The notes under the pieces were generated by a model that searched no databases, had not been told where the DNA came from, and saw only the letters and a program-made list of their open reading frames with translations. A DNA stretch of 64,000 nucleotides from Variovorax sp. GTDB taxonomy: Bacteria > Pseudomonadota > Gammaproteobacteria > Burkholderiales > Burkholderiaceae_C. Location of the stretch: NCBI GenBank assembly GCA_017744935.1, contig JAGIAI010000008.1, positions 40,268-104,267 on the forward strand. The letters are read 5' to 3'. A program made the position numbers and the translations under genes. This document shows, piece after piece, positions 1 through 8,535 of the stretch; the stretch's first letter is position 1, and each line of letters starts with the position of its first letter.

Positions 1-2687
1 GCAATGCCACGGCGTCGATTGCCAAGGGGTCGCTCGACTTTCCGGGCGTCTTCGAAGAGCCGGTGATCCCCATCGACCAGCTCTCGACACAGCTCCAGTG
101 GAAGATCGACGGCCACGCAGTCCAGCTCCAGGTCGCGGGCCTGCGCTTTTCCAACGCCGATGCGGAAGGCGAGGCGACCGCGAGTTGGCGCACCACCGAC
201 CCGGCCGTGTCGCGCGGCGGCGGGCGCTTTCCGGGCGTGCTCGACCTTCAGGGCAAGCTCAGCCGTGCGGACGGCACGCGCGTGCACCGCTACTTGCCGC
301 TGGAAATTCCCAAGCACACGCGCGACTACGTGCGCGATGCCGTGACGAAGGGCACCGCCAGCGGCGTCGACTTCAGGGTCCGCGGCGATCTGTACGACAT
401 GCCCTTCATGGACCCGAAGCACGGCGACTTCCGCATCGCCGCGCGTGTGTCCGACGTGACTTATGCGTATGTGCCGTCTTCGCTCAGCAGCGTGACCTGG
501 CCCGCGCTGACAGGCCTGTCCGGTGAACTGGTCTTCGAACGCGCGGGCATGCTGGTGCGCAACGCGCGGGGCCGCATCATGGGCGCGTCGGGCGTCGAGG
601 TCACGAAGGCCGAGGCGCAGATCGCCGACATGTCCCACCATGCGGCGCTGCTCAAGGTCGATGCGCAGGCCAAGGGCCCGCTCGGCGAGATGCTGAAGGC
701 GGGCGCGCCGCTCACCGGGCCTGCGGAGTCGACGCTCGCCGCCATGCGCGCTACTGGCAACGCCGACTACAAGCTCAGGCTCGAGTTGCCGCTGGCGACG
801 ATGGAGAAGACGAAGGTGCAGGCCAGCGTTGCGCTGCTCGACAACGAGGTCCAACTCGCGCCGGCGGCACCCTCGCTCATGCAGGCGCGCGGCACGCTCA
901 ACTTCACCGAAGCAGGTTTCTCGCTGACCGGATTGCAGGCCCGCGCGGCCGGCGGTGCGGTGCGCATCGAGGGAAGCGGCCGCTTCGGCGCATCGAGCGA
1001 CATGACCTTCCGCGCGCAAGGCACTGCGACCGCCGAAGGCCTGCGGGCGACGCGCGAGGTCGACTGGCTTGCGCGCCTTGCGAAGAACGTCTCTGGCAGC
1101 ACTGCCTACACGGCCAATCTCTCGTTCCGCGATGGCACGCCCGAGTTCCTGGTCACCAGCAGTCTGCAGGGGCTCGGTCTGCAATTGCCGCATCCGCTGA
1201 CCAAGACGGCCGATGAATCGATGCCCTTGCGGGTCGAGAAGAAAGTGCTGTCGCGCGAGAACCGGTCGGGTGCAAAGCCCGTGGTGATCGACCAGATCTC
1301 CGCCGAACTCGGCCGAGCGGTCTCGGCAACCTACGTGCGCGACATCTCCGGCGATGAGGCGCGGGTGCTGCGCGGCGGCATCGGCGTGGGGCTGGTCGCT
1401 GGCGAATCGGCGGCGCCGCCGGAGCGCGGCGTGTTCGCGAACCTGCGATTCGAACGCCTGGACATTGCGGCATGGCAGGCGCTCTTCGGCGAAGCCACCG
1501 GCACTTCGGGCAACAAGGCGGCAGCGGACGCCGGCGGCGATGCATCGGATGACTTCCTGCCGACGCTCATCGCACTTCGCGCCCAGGAACTCGCCTTCGG
1601 CGGCCGCACGCTGCACAACGTGGTGCTCGGCGGCACGCGGGACGGCCCCGTCTGGCGGGCCAACATCGATGCGACAGAACTCAGCGGCTATGCGGAATAC
1701 CGGCACGCACAGGCCGGCCGCCTGTACGCGCGGCTGGCGCGGCTCAAGATCGCACGATCCGAGGCCACCGCGGTCGAATCGCTGCTCGACGAGCAACCGA
1801 GCACCCTGCCGGCGCTGGACATCGTGGTCGATGACTTCGAGCTCTTCGGACATCGGCTCGGTCGCGCCGAGATCGATGCGGTCAACCGCGGCGGACCGGG
1901 CCGCGAATGGCGTCTCAACCGGCTCGCGATGATCAATCCCGACGCGACCTTCACCGCGCAGGGCAGCTGGGCGGCGGCGCCGGGCGCGTCCAGCACGGGC
2001 CGCGACGCGCGCCGCACCAGCATGGACTTCAAGCTCGAGATCGCCGATGCCGGCGCGCTGCTCGGCCGCTTCGGCATGAAGGACGTGGTGCGCCGCGGCC
2101 GCGGCCGGCTCGAAGGCGATGTGAGCTGGAATGGCTCGCCCTTCTCGCTCGACTCGCCGAGCCTCGCCGGGCAGCTGCAGATCAACGTCGAGTCGGGGCA
2201 GTTCCTCAAGGCCGATCCGGGGATCGCCAAGCTGCTTGGCGTGCTCAGCCTGCAGGCCCTGCCGAGGCGCCTCACGCTCGACTTCCGCGATGTGTTCAGC
2301 GAGGGCTTCGCCTTCGATTTCCTGCGCGGCGACGTGAAGATCGACCAGGGTGTAGCCTCCACCAACAACCTGCAGATGAAGGGCGTCAACGCGGCCGTGC
2401 TGATGGATGGCTCCGCAGACTTCGTGCACGAGACGCAGAGCCTGCGCGTCGTCGTCGTGCCCGAGATCAATGCCGGCACTGCGGCGCTTGTGGCCACCGC
2501 GATCAATCCGGCGATCGGCCTTGGCACCTTCCTTGCGCAGATGGTGCTGAGCAGGCCGCTGGTCGCGGCCGCCACGCAGGAGTTCAAGATCGACGGCACC
2601 TGGACCGATCCGAAGATCACCCGGGTGCCGCGCCGGCTGGCGTCCGAAGCCGCGGGTTCGCCCGCGGCGCCGGCCGCGACGCGATGA
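1..2687 (+). CDS. yhdP: YhdP-family (AsmA-like) intermembrane phospholipid transporter, 5'-truncated by the window edge
   Basis: Long beta-rich ORF ending in the AsmA2/YhdP C-terminal signature (LLGVLSLQALPRRLTLDFRDVFSEGFAFD...VNAAVLMDGS...GTWTDPKI); followed by a nitrilase as in the usual yhdP-nit1 order. Confidence 0.9.
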   Translation, partial: NATASIAKGSLDFPGVFEEPVIPIDQLSTQLQWKIDGHAVQLQVAGLRFSNADAEGEATASWRTTDPAVSRGGGRFPGVLDLQGKLSRADGTRVHRYLPLEIPKHTRDYVRDAVTKGTASGVDFRVRGDLYDMPFMDPKHGDFRIAARVSDVTYAYVPSSLSSVTWPALTGLSGELVFERAGMLVRNARGRIMGASGVEVTKAEAQIADMSHHAALLKVDAQAKGPLGEMLKAGAPLTGPAESTLAAMRATGNADYKLRLELPLATMEKTKVQASVALLDNEVQLAPAAPSLMQARGTLNFTEAGFSLTGLQARAAGGAVRIEGSGRFGASSDMTFRAQGTATAEGLRATREVDWLARLAKNVSGSTAYTANLSFRDGTPEFLVTSSLQGLGLQLPHPLTKTADESMPLRVEKKVLSRENRSGAKPVVIDQISAELGRAVSATYVRDISGDEARVLRGGIGVGLVAGESAAPPERGVFANLRFERLDIAAWQALFGEATGTSGNKAAADAGGDASDDFLPTLIALRAQELAFGGRTLHNVVLGGTRDGPVWRANIDATELSGYAEYRHAQAGRLYARLARLKIARSEATAVESLLDEQPSTLPALDIVVDDFELFGHRLGRAEIDAVNRGGPGREWRLNRLAMINPDATFTAQGSWAAAPGASSTGRDARRTSMDFKLEIADAGALLGRFGMKDVVRRGRGRLEGDVSWNGSPFSLDSPSLAGQLQINVESGQFLKADPGIAKLLGVLSLQALPRRLTLDFRDVFSEGFAFDFLRGDVKIDQGVASTNNLQMKGVNAAVLMDGSADFVHETQSLRVVVVPEINAGTAALVATAINPAIGLGTFLAQMVLSRPLVAAATQEFKIDGTWTDPKITRVPRRLASEAAGSPAAPAATR

Positions 2688-2706
2688 GGAGAAGGAGTCA
2701 CCGCAC

Positions 2707-3522
2707 ATGAAAGTCGCCGCAATCCAGATGGTCTCGGCAGTGGAGCGCGAGGTCAATCTCGCGCGCGCCCATTCACTGCTGGCCGAAGCCGCAGAGGCGG
2801 GCGCCGAACTTGCCGTCCTGCCCGAGTACTTCTGCATGATGGGCGCGCGCGATACCGACAAGCTCGGGCTGCGCGAGACCGCCGGCGCGGGCACGGTGCA
2901 GAGCTTCCTGGCCGATGCCGCGCGCGAATTCGGCCTGTGGATCGTCGGCGGCACATTGCCGCTGGAGACCGACGACGACAGCCATGTGTTCAACAGCTCG
3001 CTTGTGTATTCGCCGGACGGCGCGTGCGTGGCGCGCTACGACAAGATCCATCTCTTCTATTTCGACAACGGCCGCGAGCGCTACGACGAGCGTCGCGTGA
3101 TCGCGCCGGGCAGCAGGCCGGTGCTGTTCGACCTGCCGTCGCGCGACGGCCACCGTTGGCGCATCGGCATGAGCGTCTGCTATGACCTGCGCTTTCCTGA
3201 GCTTTACCGCGCCCTCGCACGCGAGGGCGCGGAGCTGCTGCTCGTGCCCAGCGCGTTCACGCGCACCACCGGCGCCGCCCACTGGGAAGTGCTGCTGCGC
3301 GCACGTGCAATCGAGAACCTCGCCTGGGTGGTGGCGCCCGCGCAAGGCGGCAAGCACGAGAACGGCCGGCAGACGTGGGGCCAATCGATGGTGGTCGACC
3401 CCTGGGGCACGGTGGTCGCGCAGCAGGCCGTGGAAGAGGCCGTTGTGCTGTTCGACCTCGATGCGCAGCAGGTCGAGCGCTCGCGCTCGCAGCTGCCTGC
3501 GCTGTCCCACTGCGTGCTCTGA
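2707..3522 (+). CDS. Carbon-nitrogen hydrolase (Nit1/deaminated-glutathione amidase family)
   Basis: Catalytic E-K-C motifs LPEY, YDKIHLF, CYDLRFPE; AGGAG RBS. Confidence 0.92.
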   Translation: MKVAAIQMVSAVEREVNLARAHSLLAEAAEAGAELAVLPEYFCMMGARDTDKLGLRETAGAGTVQSFLADAAREFGLWIVGGTLPLETDDDSHVFNSSLVYSPDGACVARYDKIHLFYFDNGRERYDERRVIAPGSRPVLFDLPSRDGHRWRIGMSVCYDLRFPELYRALAREGAELLLVPSAFTRTTGAAHWEVLLRARAIENLAWVVAPAQGGKHENGRQTWGQSMVVDPWGTVVAQQAVEEAVVLFDLDAQQVERSRSQLPALSHCVL

Positions 3523-3536
3523 AACAAAGAAAGCCG

Positions 3537-5600
3537 GTGTCCGCGCCCACCCTGCCCGTCTCCCGCGCGCTGCGGCCCGCGTTCGCGCGGTTGCGCTTTC
3601 TGCGCTCCGTGTGGCGGCGGTGGTTCTTGTGGGTGCTGTTGGCGATCCTCGTGCTGGCGCTGCTCGTGACGGTGGTCTGGCTCGCGGGCCGGCACGAGAT
3701 CGAGCAGACCCAGTCGGTGCTGGAGCGCGATACCGCCGATGCCGTGGCGGACCTTCGCGGCGACCTGCAGCGCAATGCGCAGACGCTTCGCGCCTCGCTC
3801 GCGGGCGGCGCCAATACCGAGCAGTGGGAGACGCGCGCCACCGCGCTTCTGCGCGAGCACCGCGAATGGCTGCGGCTCGAATGGCTCGATCCGATGATGC
3901 GCACGCTTGCCGCGTCGGACACGCCGTACCGCCGCCGCATCTTCGATGACCAGCACCGATCGGAAAGCTTCCCCGACGTCTCTCTCGCCTGCGTTACCGC
4001 GCGCAAGCTCGGCGGTCCCGCGTTCTCGCCAAGCCACTACATGTCGATCGCGCAGGGCAGCGGCCTCGAGGTCATGGAGATGTGCCTGCCGATCGAGGGC
4101 GGCGGCTACCTGGTCGCCGCCTACTCGCTGCGCGACATCCTGATCGAACTCGTCGCGCCGACGTTGAGCCGGGGCCAGGAAGTCGCCTTCACCGAGATCG
4201 ACGGCACGCGCCTCGTGGCGATCGGCGCGCAGCGGCGCATGGGCACGCGCGTCTTCACCGCGCAGCAACTGATCGATCTGCCCGGCGCGCCGGTGATGCT
4301 GCGCGTCGACGGCTGGCGCGCGGTGCCGGACCTCTTCCCGAACGTGCTCACTGCGCTGGTCACCGGCATCTCGATCGCGCTGGTTTCGGTGCTCGTGCTC
4401 CTTGCGCGCGATACGCGGCGTCGCCAGCGCGCCGAGGACGACCTCGCCGATGCGCTCGCCTTCCGCAAGGCAATGGAGGACTCGGTCATCACCGGCCTGC
4501 GTGCGCGCGACCTGCAGGGGCGCATCACCTACGTGAATCCGGCGTTCTGCGAAATGGTCGGCTTCACCGCCGAGGAGCTCATGAAGAGCGATCGCGAGGC
4601 GCCCTACTGGCCGACAGAGCTCGCCCACGAATACCAGCATCGGCAGGCCGTGCGGATGGCCGGCGCGGTGCCGCCGCGAGAGGGCTTCGAGTCGGTCTTC
4701 ATGCGCAAGGACGGCAGCCGGTTTCCGGTGCTGATTTTCGAGGCCCCCCTCATCAACGCCCATGGTTTCCAGACGGGCTGGATGAGTGCCTTCATCGACA
4801 TCAGCGAGCAGCGCCGTATCGAGGAGCTTTCACGCGCAAGCCAGGAACGACTGCAGGCGAGCGCGCGGCTCGCCACCGTCGGCGAGATGGCGTCGCTGCT
4901 CAGCCACGAACTGACGCAGCCGCTCGCGGCCATCGCCAGCTACGCGACCGGTTCGCTGAACCTGCTCCAGGCCAAGGGCCCGTCGGGCGACAGCGACCAC
5001 GACGATGTCGCCATGGCGGTGCGCCGCATCGCCGAGCAGGCCGATCGTGCGGGGCAGGTGATCCGCAGCGTGCACGACTTCGTGCGACGGCGCGACCGCA
5101 CGCGCGAGGCCGTCGCGCCACAGGCGCTTGTCGATGCGGTGCTGCCGCTGGTGAGGCTGCAGGCGCGCAAGCTCGGCGTGGACGTCGAGGTCGTGCTGGA
5201 CGAGCGTCTGCCGATGGTCTATTGCGATCGCACGCTGGTCGAGCAGGTGCTGCTCAATCTCGCGCGCAACGGCATGCAGGCCATGGACGTGCCTGAACTG
5301 GCCGATCGCGTGTTGCGCATCAAGGTCGTTCGCGCGGGTGCGATCGGTCGCGGCGCCGAGGCGAACTCGGCGGCCGATGCGCGCCGCTGGCTCGAGTTCT
5401 CGGTGACCGACTTCGGCGCCGGCATTGGCGACGAAGTGGCGGTGCGGCTCTTCACGCCTTTCTTCACCACGCGTTCGGACGGTATGGGGCTGGGCTTGAG
5501 CCTGTGCCGCACTGTGGTCGAGCAGCACGGCGGCGTGCTGATCTTCGAGCCGCAGCATCCGCGCGGGACAGTCTTCCGCTTCACGCTTCCAGTGAAATGA
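3537..5600 (+). CDS. PAS-domain sensor histidine kinase (DctS/FixL-like)
   Basis: Two TM segments, PAS (YVNPAFCEMVGF), H-box (SHELTQPL), N-box (QVLLNLARNG), G-boxes (DFGAG, GMGLGL). GTG start at 3537 is inferred. Confidence 0.9.
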   Translation: MSAPTLPVSRALRPAFARLRFLRSVWRRWFLWVLLAILVLALLVTVVWLAGRHEIEQTQSVLERDTADAVADLRGDLQRNAQTLRASLAGGANTEQWETRATALLREHREWLRLEWLDPMMRTLAASDTPYRRRIFDDQHRSESFPDVSLACVTARKLGGPAFSPSHYMSIAQGSGLEVMEMCLPIEGGGYLVAAYSLRDILIELVAPTLSRGQEVAFTEIDGTRLVAIGAQRRMGTRVFTAQQLIDLPGAPVMLRVDGWRAVPDLFPNVLTALVTGISIALVSVLVLLARDTRRRQRAEDDLADALAFRKAMEDSVITGLRARDLQGRITYVNPAFCEMVGFTAEELMKSDREAPYWPTELAHEYQHRQAVRMAGAVPPREGFESVFMRKDGSRFPVLIFEAPLINAHGFQTGWMSAFIDISEQRRIEELSRASQERLQASARLATVGEMASLLSHELTQPLAAIASYATGSLNLLQAKGPSGDSDHDDVAMAVRRIAEQADRAGQVIRSVHDFVRRRDRTREAVAPQALVDAVLPLVRLQARKLGVDVEVVLDERLPMVYCDRTLVEQVLLNLARNGMQAMDVPELADRVLRIKVVRAGAIGRGAEANSAADARRWLEFSVTDFGAGIGDEVAVRLFTPFFTTRSDGMGLGLSLCRTVVEQHGGVLIFEPQHPRGTVFRFTLPVK

Positions 5601-5604
5601 TGTT

Positions 5605-5685
5605 CACCCCCGTGCGCCTTCGGCGCTCCCCCTCTCCGGGGGCGCACCCAGCGGCCCGGCAGAGCCGGTTCCGCGGGTGCCTTGG
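5605..5685 (+). repeat. Dispersed multi-hairpin intergenic repeat, copy 1
   Basis: CCCCC-tctcc-GGGGG followed by GCACCC-A-GCGG-CCCGGC-AGA-GCCGG-TT-CCGC-GGGTGC; shares its core with copies at ~46.7 kb and ~52.2 kb. Confidence 0.8.
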
Positions 5686-5718
5686 CCTTCGTTGCGCTCG
5701 TTTGACACTGCCTTTTCT

Positions 5719-6345
5719 ATGCAACCCCTCATCGATGCCTTGATCTTCATCGTCGACGACGATGCGAGCGTGCGCGAGGCGCTGGCCTGGCTGCTGCGTT
5801 CGCGCCGCCTCGCGAGCGAGAGTTTTCCGAGTGCGGAGGCCTTCGAGGAGCGCCTGGCCGAAGAGCCGCTGCGCGCCCAACCCCATTGCCTGCTGCTCGA
5901 CGTTCGCATGCCGGGCACCAGCGGGCTGGTCCTGTTCGATCGCCTCGCCGAGCGCGGTCTTCTGGAAACGCTGCCGGTGATCTTCCTGACCGGCCATGCC
6001 GATGTACCGACCGCGGTGGATGCGGTGAAGCGCGGTGCCTTCGATTTCTGCGAGAAGCCGTTTTCGGACAACGCACTGGTGGATCGCATCGAGCATGCGC
6101 TCGGCGCGTCGGTGCGCGCCATCGACGCGCAGCGTACGCGCCAGGTGCTGAAGCGGCGCGTCGACGAGCTCACCGATCGCGAACGCGACGTGATGAACTG
6201 CGTGATCGAAGGATTGCCCAACAAGCTGATCGCCGATCAGCTCTCGATCAGCGTGCGCACGGTGGAGGTCCACCGTGCGCGCGTGTTCGAGAAGATGGAA
6301 GTGAAGTCGGCCGTGGAATTGGCCAACTTGCTCAGGGGGATTTGA
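5719..6345 (+). CDS. FixJ/DctR-type response regulator (REC + LuxR HTH)
   Basis: IVDDD, LLDVRMP, FLTGHAD, EKP; C-terminal LTDRERDV...NKLIA...TVEVHRARVFEKM. Confidence 0.93.
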   Translation: MQPLIDALIFIVDDDASVREALAWLLRSRRLASESFPSAEAFEERLAEEPLRAQPHCLLLDVRMPGTSGLVLFDRLAERGLLETLPVIFLTGHADVPTAVDAVKRGAFDFCEKPFSDNALVDRIEHALGASVRAIDAQRTRQVLKRRVDELTDRERDVMNCVIEGLPNKLIADQLSISVRTVEVHRARVFEKMEVKSAVELANLLRGI

Positions 6346-6357
6346 CGCGAGGCTTGC

Positions 6358-7017
6358 TCAGCCTTGTGCTTGTCTTTCGCCGACGAAGATTTCTACGCGG
6401 CGGTTCTGAGCACGGCCTGCCGGGGTGCTGTTGTCTGCAACCGGCTCGCGCGAGCCGCGACCGTCGATCTTGAAGGCCGTTGCCGACACGCCGCGCGACA
6501 CGAGGTAGTCGCGCGTGGCGGCCGCACGCTGGATCGACAGCGGATCGTTGATCGCGTCGGTGCCGGTGCTGTCGGTGTGGCCGATGATGCGAACCTCGGC
6601 GTTCGGGTTGTTGCGCAGGCCCTGCGCGAACTGGTCGAGGATCGGCGAGAAGTTCGGCTTGATCACCGAGCGGCCGACGTCGAAGGAGATGTCACTTGGA
6701 ATCGCGAGCTTGAGCTCGTTGTTCTGCGTCTGTGTCACTGCAACGCCGGTACCACGTGTGGCGGCTTCCATCTGCCGCTTCTGGTTTTCCATGCGTTGCG
6801 ACCACAGATAGCCACCCCCCGCGCCCGCCAGCGCGCCGATCGCCGCACCGGTGCCGGCACTGTGGCCCGTGGCGGACCCAATCGCTGCGCCCGCCAGCGC
6901 GCCGATGCCGGCGCCGATGCCCGTGGTCTGGGCGGTGCTCTTCTGGGATTCGCTCATGTCCGCGCAGCCCGCGAGCACGTAGACCGCGGCGCAGGTGGCA
7001 AGTAGGATTTTTTTCAT
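6358..7017 (-). CDS. OmpA-family lipoprotein with glycine zipper (YiaD-like)
   Basis: Lipobox LAGC, Gly-zipper, GHTDSTG...LSIQRA...NRRVEI. Confidence 0.92.
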   Translation of the reverse strand: MKKILLATCAAVYVLAGCADMSESQKSTAQTTGIGAGIGALAGAAIGSATGHSAGTGAAIGALAGAGGGYLWSQRMENQKRQMEAATRGTGVAVTQTQNNELKLAIPSDISFDVGRSVIKPNFSPILDQFAQGLRNNPNAEVRIIGHTDSTGTDAINDPLSIQRAAATRDYLVSRGVSATAFKIDGRGSREPVADNSTPAGRAQNRRVEIFVGERQAQG

Positions 7018-7221
7018 TGGAGTCCTTCCTTTGGATGATGGAAAAAGGCCGGTCGATTATCCGGAGCGCGCGGCGGCTTCGAGCCCTGGTTGCGGTTTCC
7101 GTATGTAACGCTTCGCCCAGATCGATTGCCCGCATGCCGCATAAAGACTGACAACTCTGCTATTGAAAATGTAGCGGGCGGGATCCGCGCCGACATGTGC
7201 ACGCGGCATCGAGCGACAGCT

Positions 7222-7380
7222 TCAGTCGCGTGATGGCGGCTCGTCGCGCGCGGGCACATCGCCTGCCGAGGGCTCGTCGTCCTTGAGCTCGCCACGCTTG
7301 CGCCCCGAGAACATGGTCCACCAGATGATGAGGATGAACACGACGCCAGCGGCAAGGGCTTCAAGCAAAATCAGACCCAT
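7222..7380 (-). CDS. Small single-TM membrane protein (52 aa)
   Basis: MGLILLEALAAGVVFILIIWWTMFSGRKRGE...: hydrophobic helix, then basic and acidic tail. Its start overlaps the mltA start codon. Confidence 0.55.
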   Translation of the reverse strand: MGLILLEALAAGVVFILIIWWTMFSGRKRGELKDDEPSAGDVPARDEPPSRD

Positions 7381-8521
7381 GAAAAAAGGACTCCAGTGGC
7401 TGGTTGGGCTCGCGATCGTAGCAACGCTCGCCGCCTGCTCCACCGGCCCCCGGCAGCCTGAATGGACTTCGCAGACGCCGCCGGCCACCACGCCACCACC
7501 GCGCGATCTCGGGCCGCTGACCGGGTCTCTCGCGCATCCCAAGAGTCGCTGGGTACCCGTTGCATGGTCGGAGCTCCCGGGCTTCAACGACGACGCGTTG
7601 CATGAAGGCTGGATCGCGATGATCACCAACTGCGCACGCCCCAATGCGGCCTTCGCACCGCTGTGCCGCGAGGTGCGGCAACTGTCCCTGGCCGAGAACG
7701 ACGAGCAGCGCGAATGGATGATGCAACGCCTGCAGCCCTATCGCGTCGAGGCTTACACCGGCCCGACCGACGGCAAGCTCACTAGCTACTACGAGCCGGT
7801 GTTCGAAGCGACGCGCCGACCGACGGCGACCAATATCTATCCCCTCTACCAGGCACCCGCGGGGCTTGTTCCGAAGCGGCCGTGGTACACGCGGCAGGAG
7901 ATCGACACGCTGCCGCAGGCCCAGGCCGCGCTGCGTGGGCGCGAGATCGCGTGGCTCGCCGATCCGATCGATGTGCTCATGCTGCACATCCAGGGTTCCG
8001 GACGCTTGCGCATGACCGAGCCGGACGGTTTGCAGCACGTGATCCGGGTGGCCTTCGCGGCGACCAACGAGCAGCCCTATCGCAGCGTGCAGCAATGGCT
8101 CATCAGCCAGGGTGCGACGAAGGTCAGCGCGTGGCCGGACGACACGAAGCAGTGGGTCGCGCAGAACCCGCAGCGCCTGCAGCCGCTGTTGTGGAGCAAT
8201 CCGCGCTATGTCTTCTTCAGGGAGGAAGCCTTGAGTGAAGTCGATGCGGCCTCGGGGCCCGTCGGCGCACAGGGCGTACCTTTGACGCCGGGCCGGTCGA
8301 TCGCAGTGGATCGCGACAGCATTCCGTACGGCACGCCAGTGTGGCTCGCATCGCCCGGGCCCGCGCTTCCGCTTGCGAAGCTGGTGGTGGCGCAGGACAC
8401 GGGCAGCGCGATCGTTGGTGCCGTGCGCGCCGACTACTTTGCGGGAACGGGCGCAGAAGCGGGCCGTATCGCGGCCCGCATGAATCAGCCCCTGCGCCTC
8501 TGGGCACTCTGGCCAAAGTAA
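7379..8521 (+). CDS. mltA: Membrane-bound lytic transglycosylase MltA
   Basis: Lipobox LAAC; TSYYEP, HIQGSG, NPRYVFF, SIAVD, AQDTGSAIVG..RAD (3D domain). Confidence 0.93.
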   Translation: MKKGLQWLVGLAIVATLAACSTGPRQPEWTSQTPPATTPPPRDLGPLTGSLAHPKSRWVPVAWSELPGFNDDALHEGWIAMITNCARPNAAFAPLCREVRQLSLAENDEQREWMMQRLQPYRVEAYTGPTDGKLTSYYEPVFEATRRPTATNIYPLYQAPAGLVPKRPWYTRQEIDTLPQAQAALRGREIAWLADPIDVLMLHIQGSGRLRMTEPDGLQHVIRVAFAATNEQPYRSVQQWLISQGATKVSAWPDDTKQWVAQNPQRLQPLLWSNPRYVFFREEALSEVDAASGPVGAQGVPLTPGRSIAVDRDSIPYGTPVWLASPGPALPLAKLVVAQDTGSAIVGAVRADYFAGTGAEAGRIAARMNQPLRLWALWPK

Positions 8522-8535
8522 GCAGGGCGAATTCC

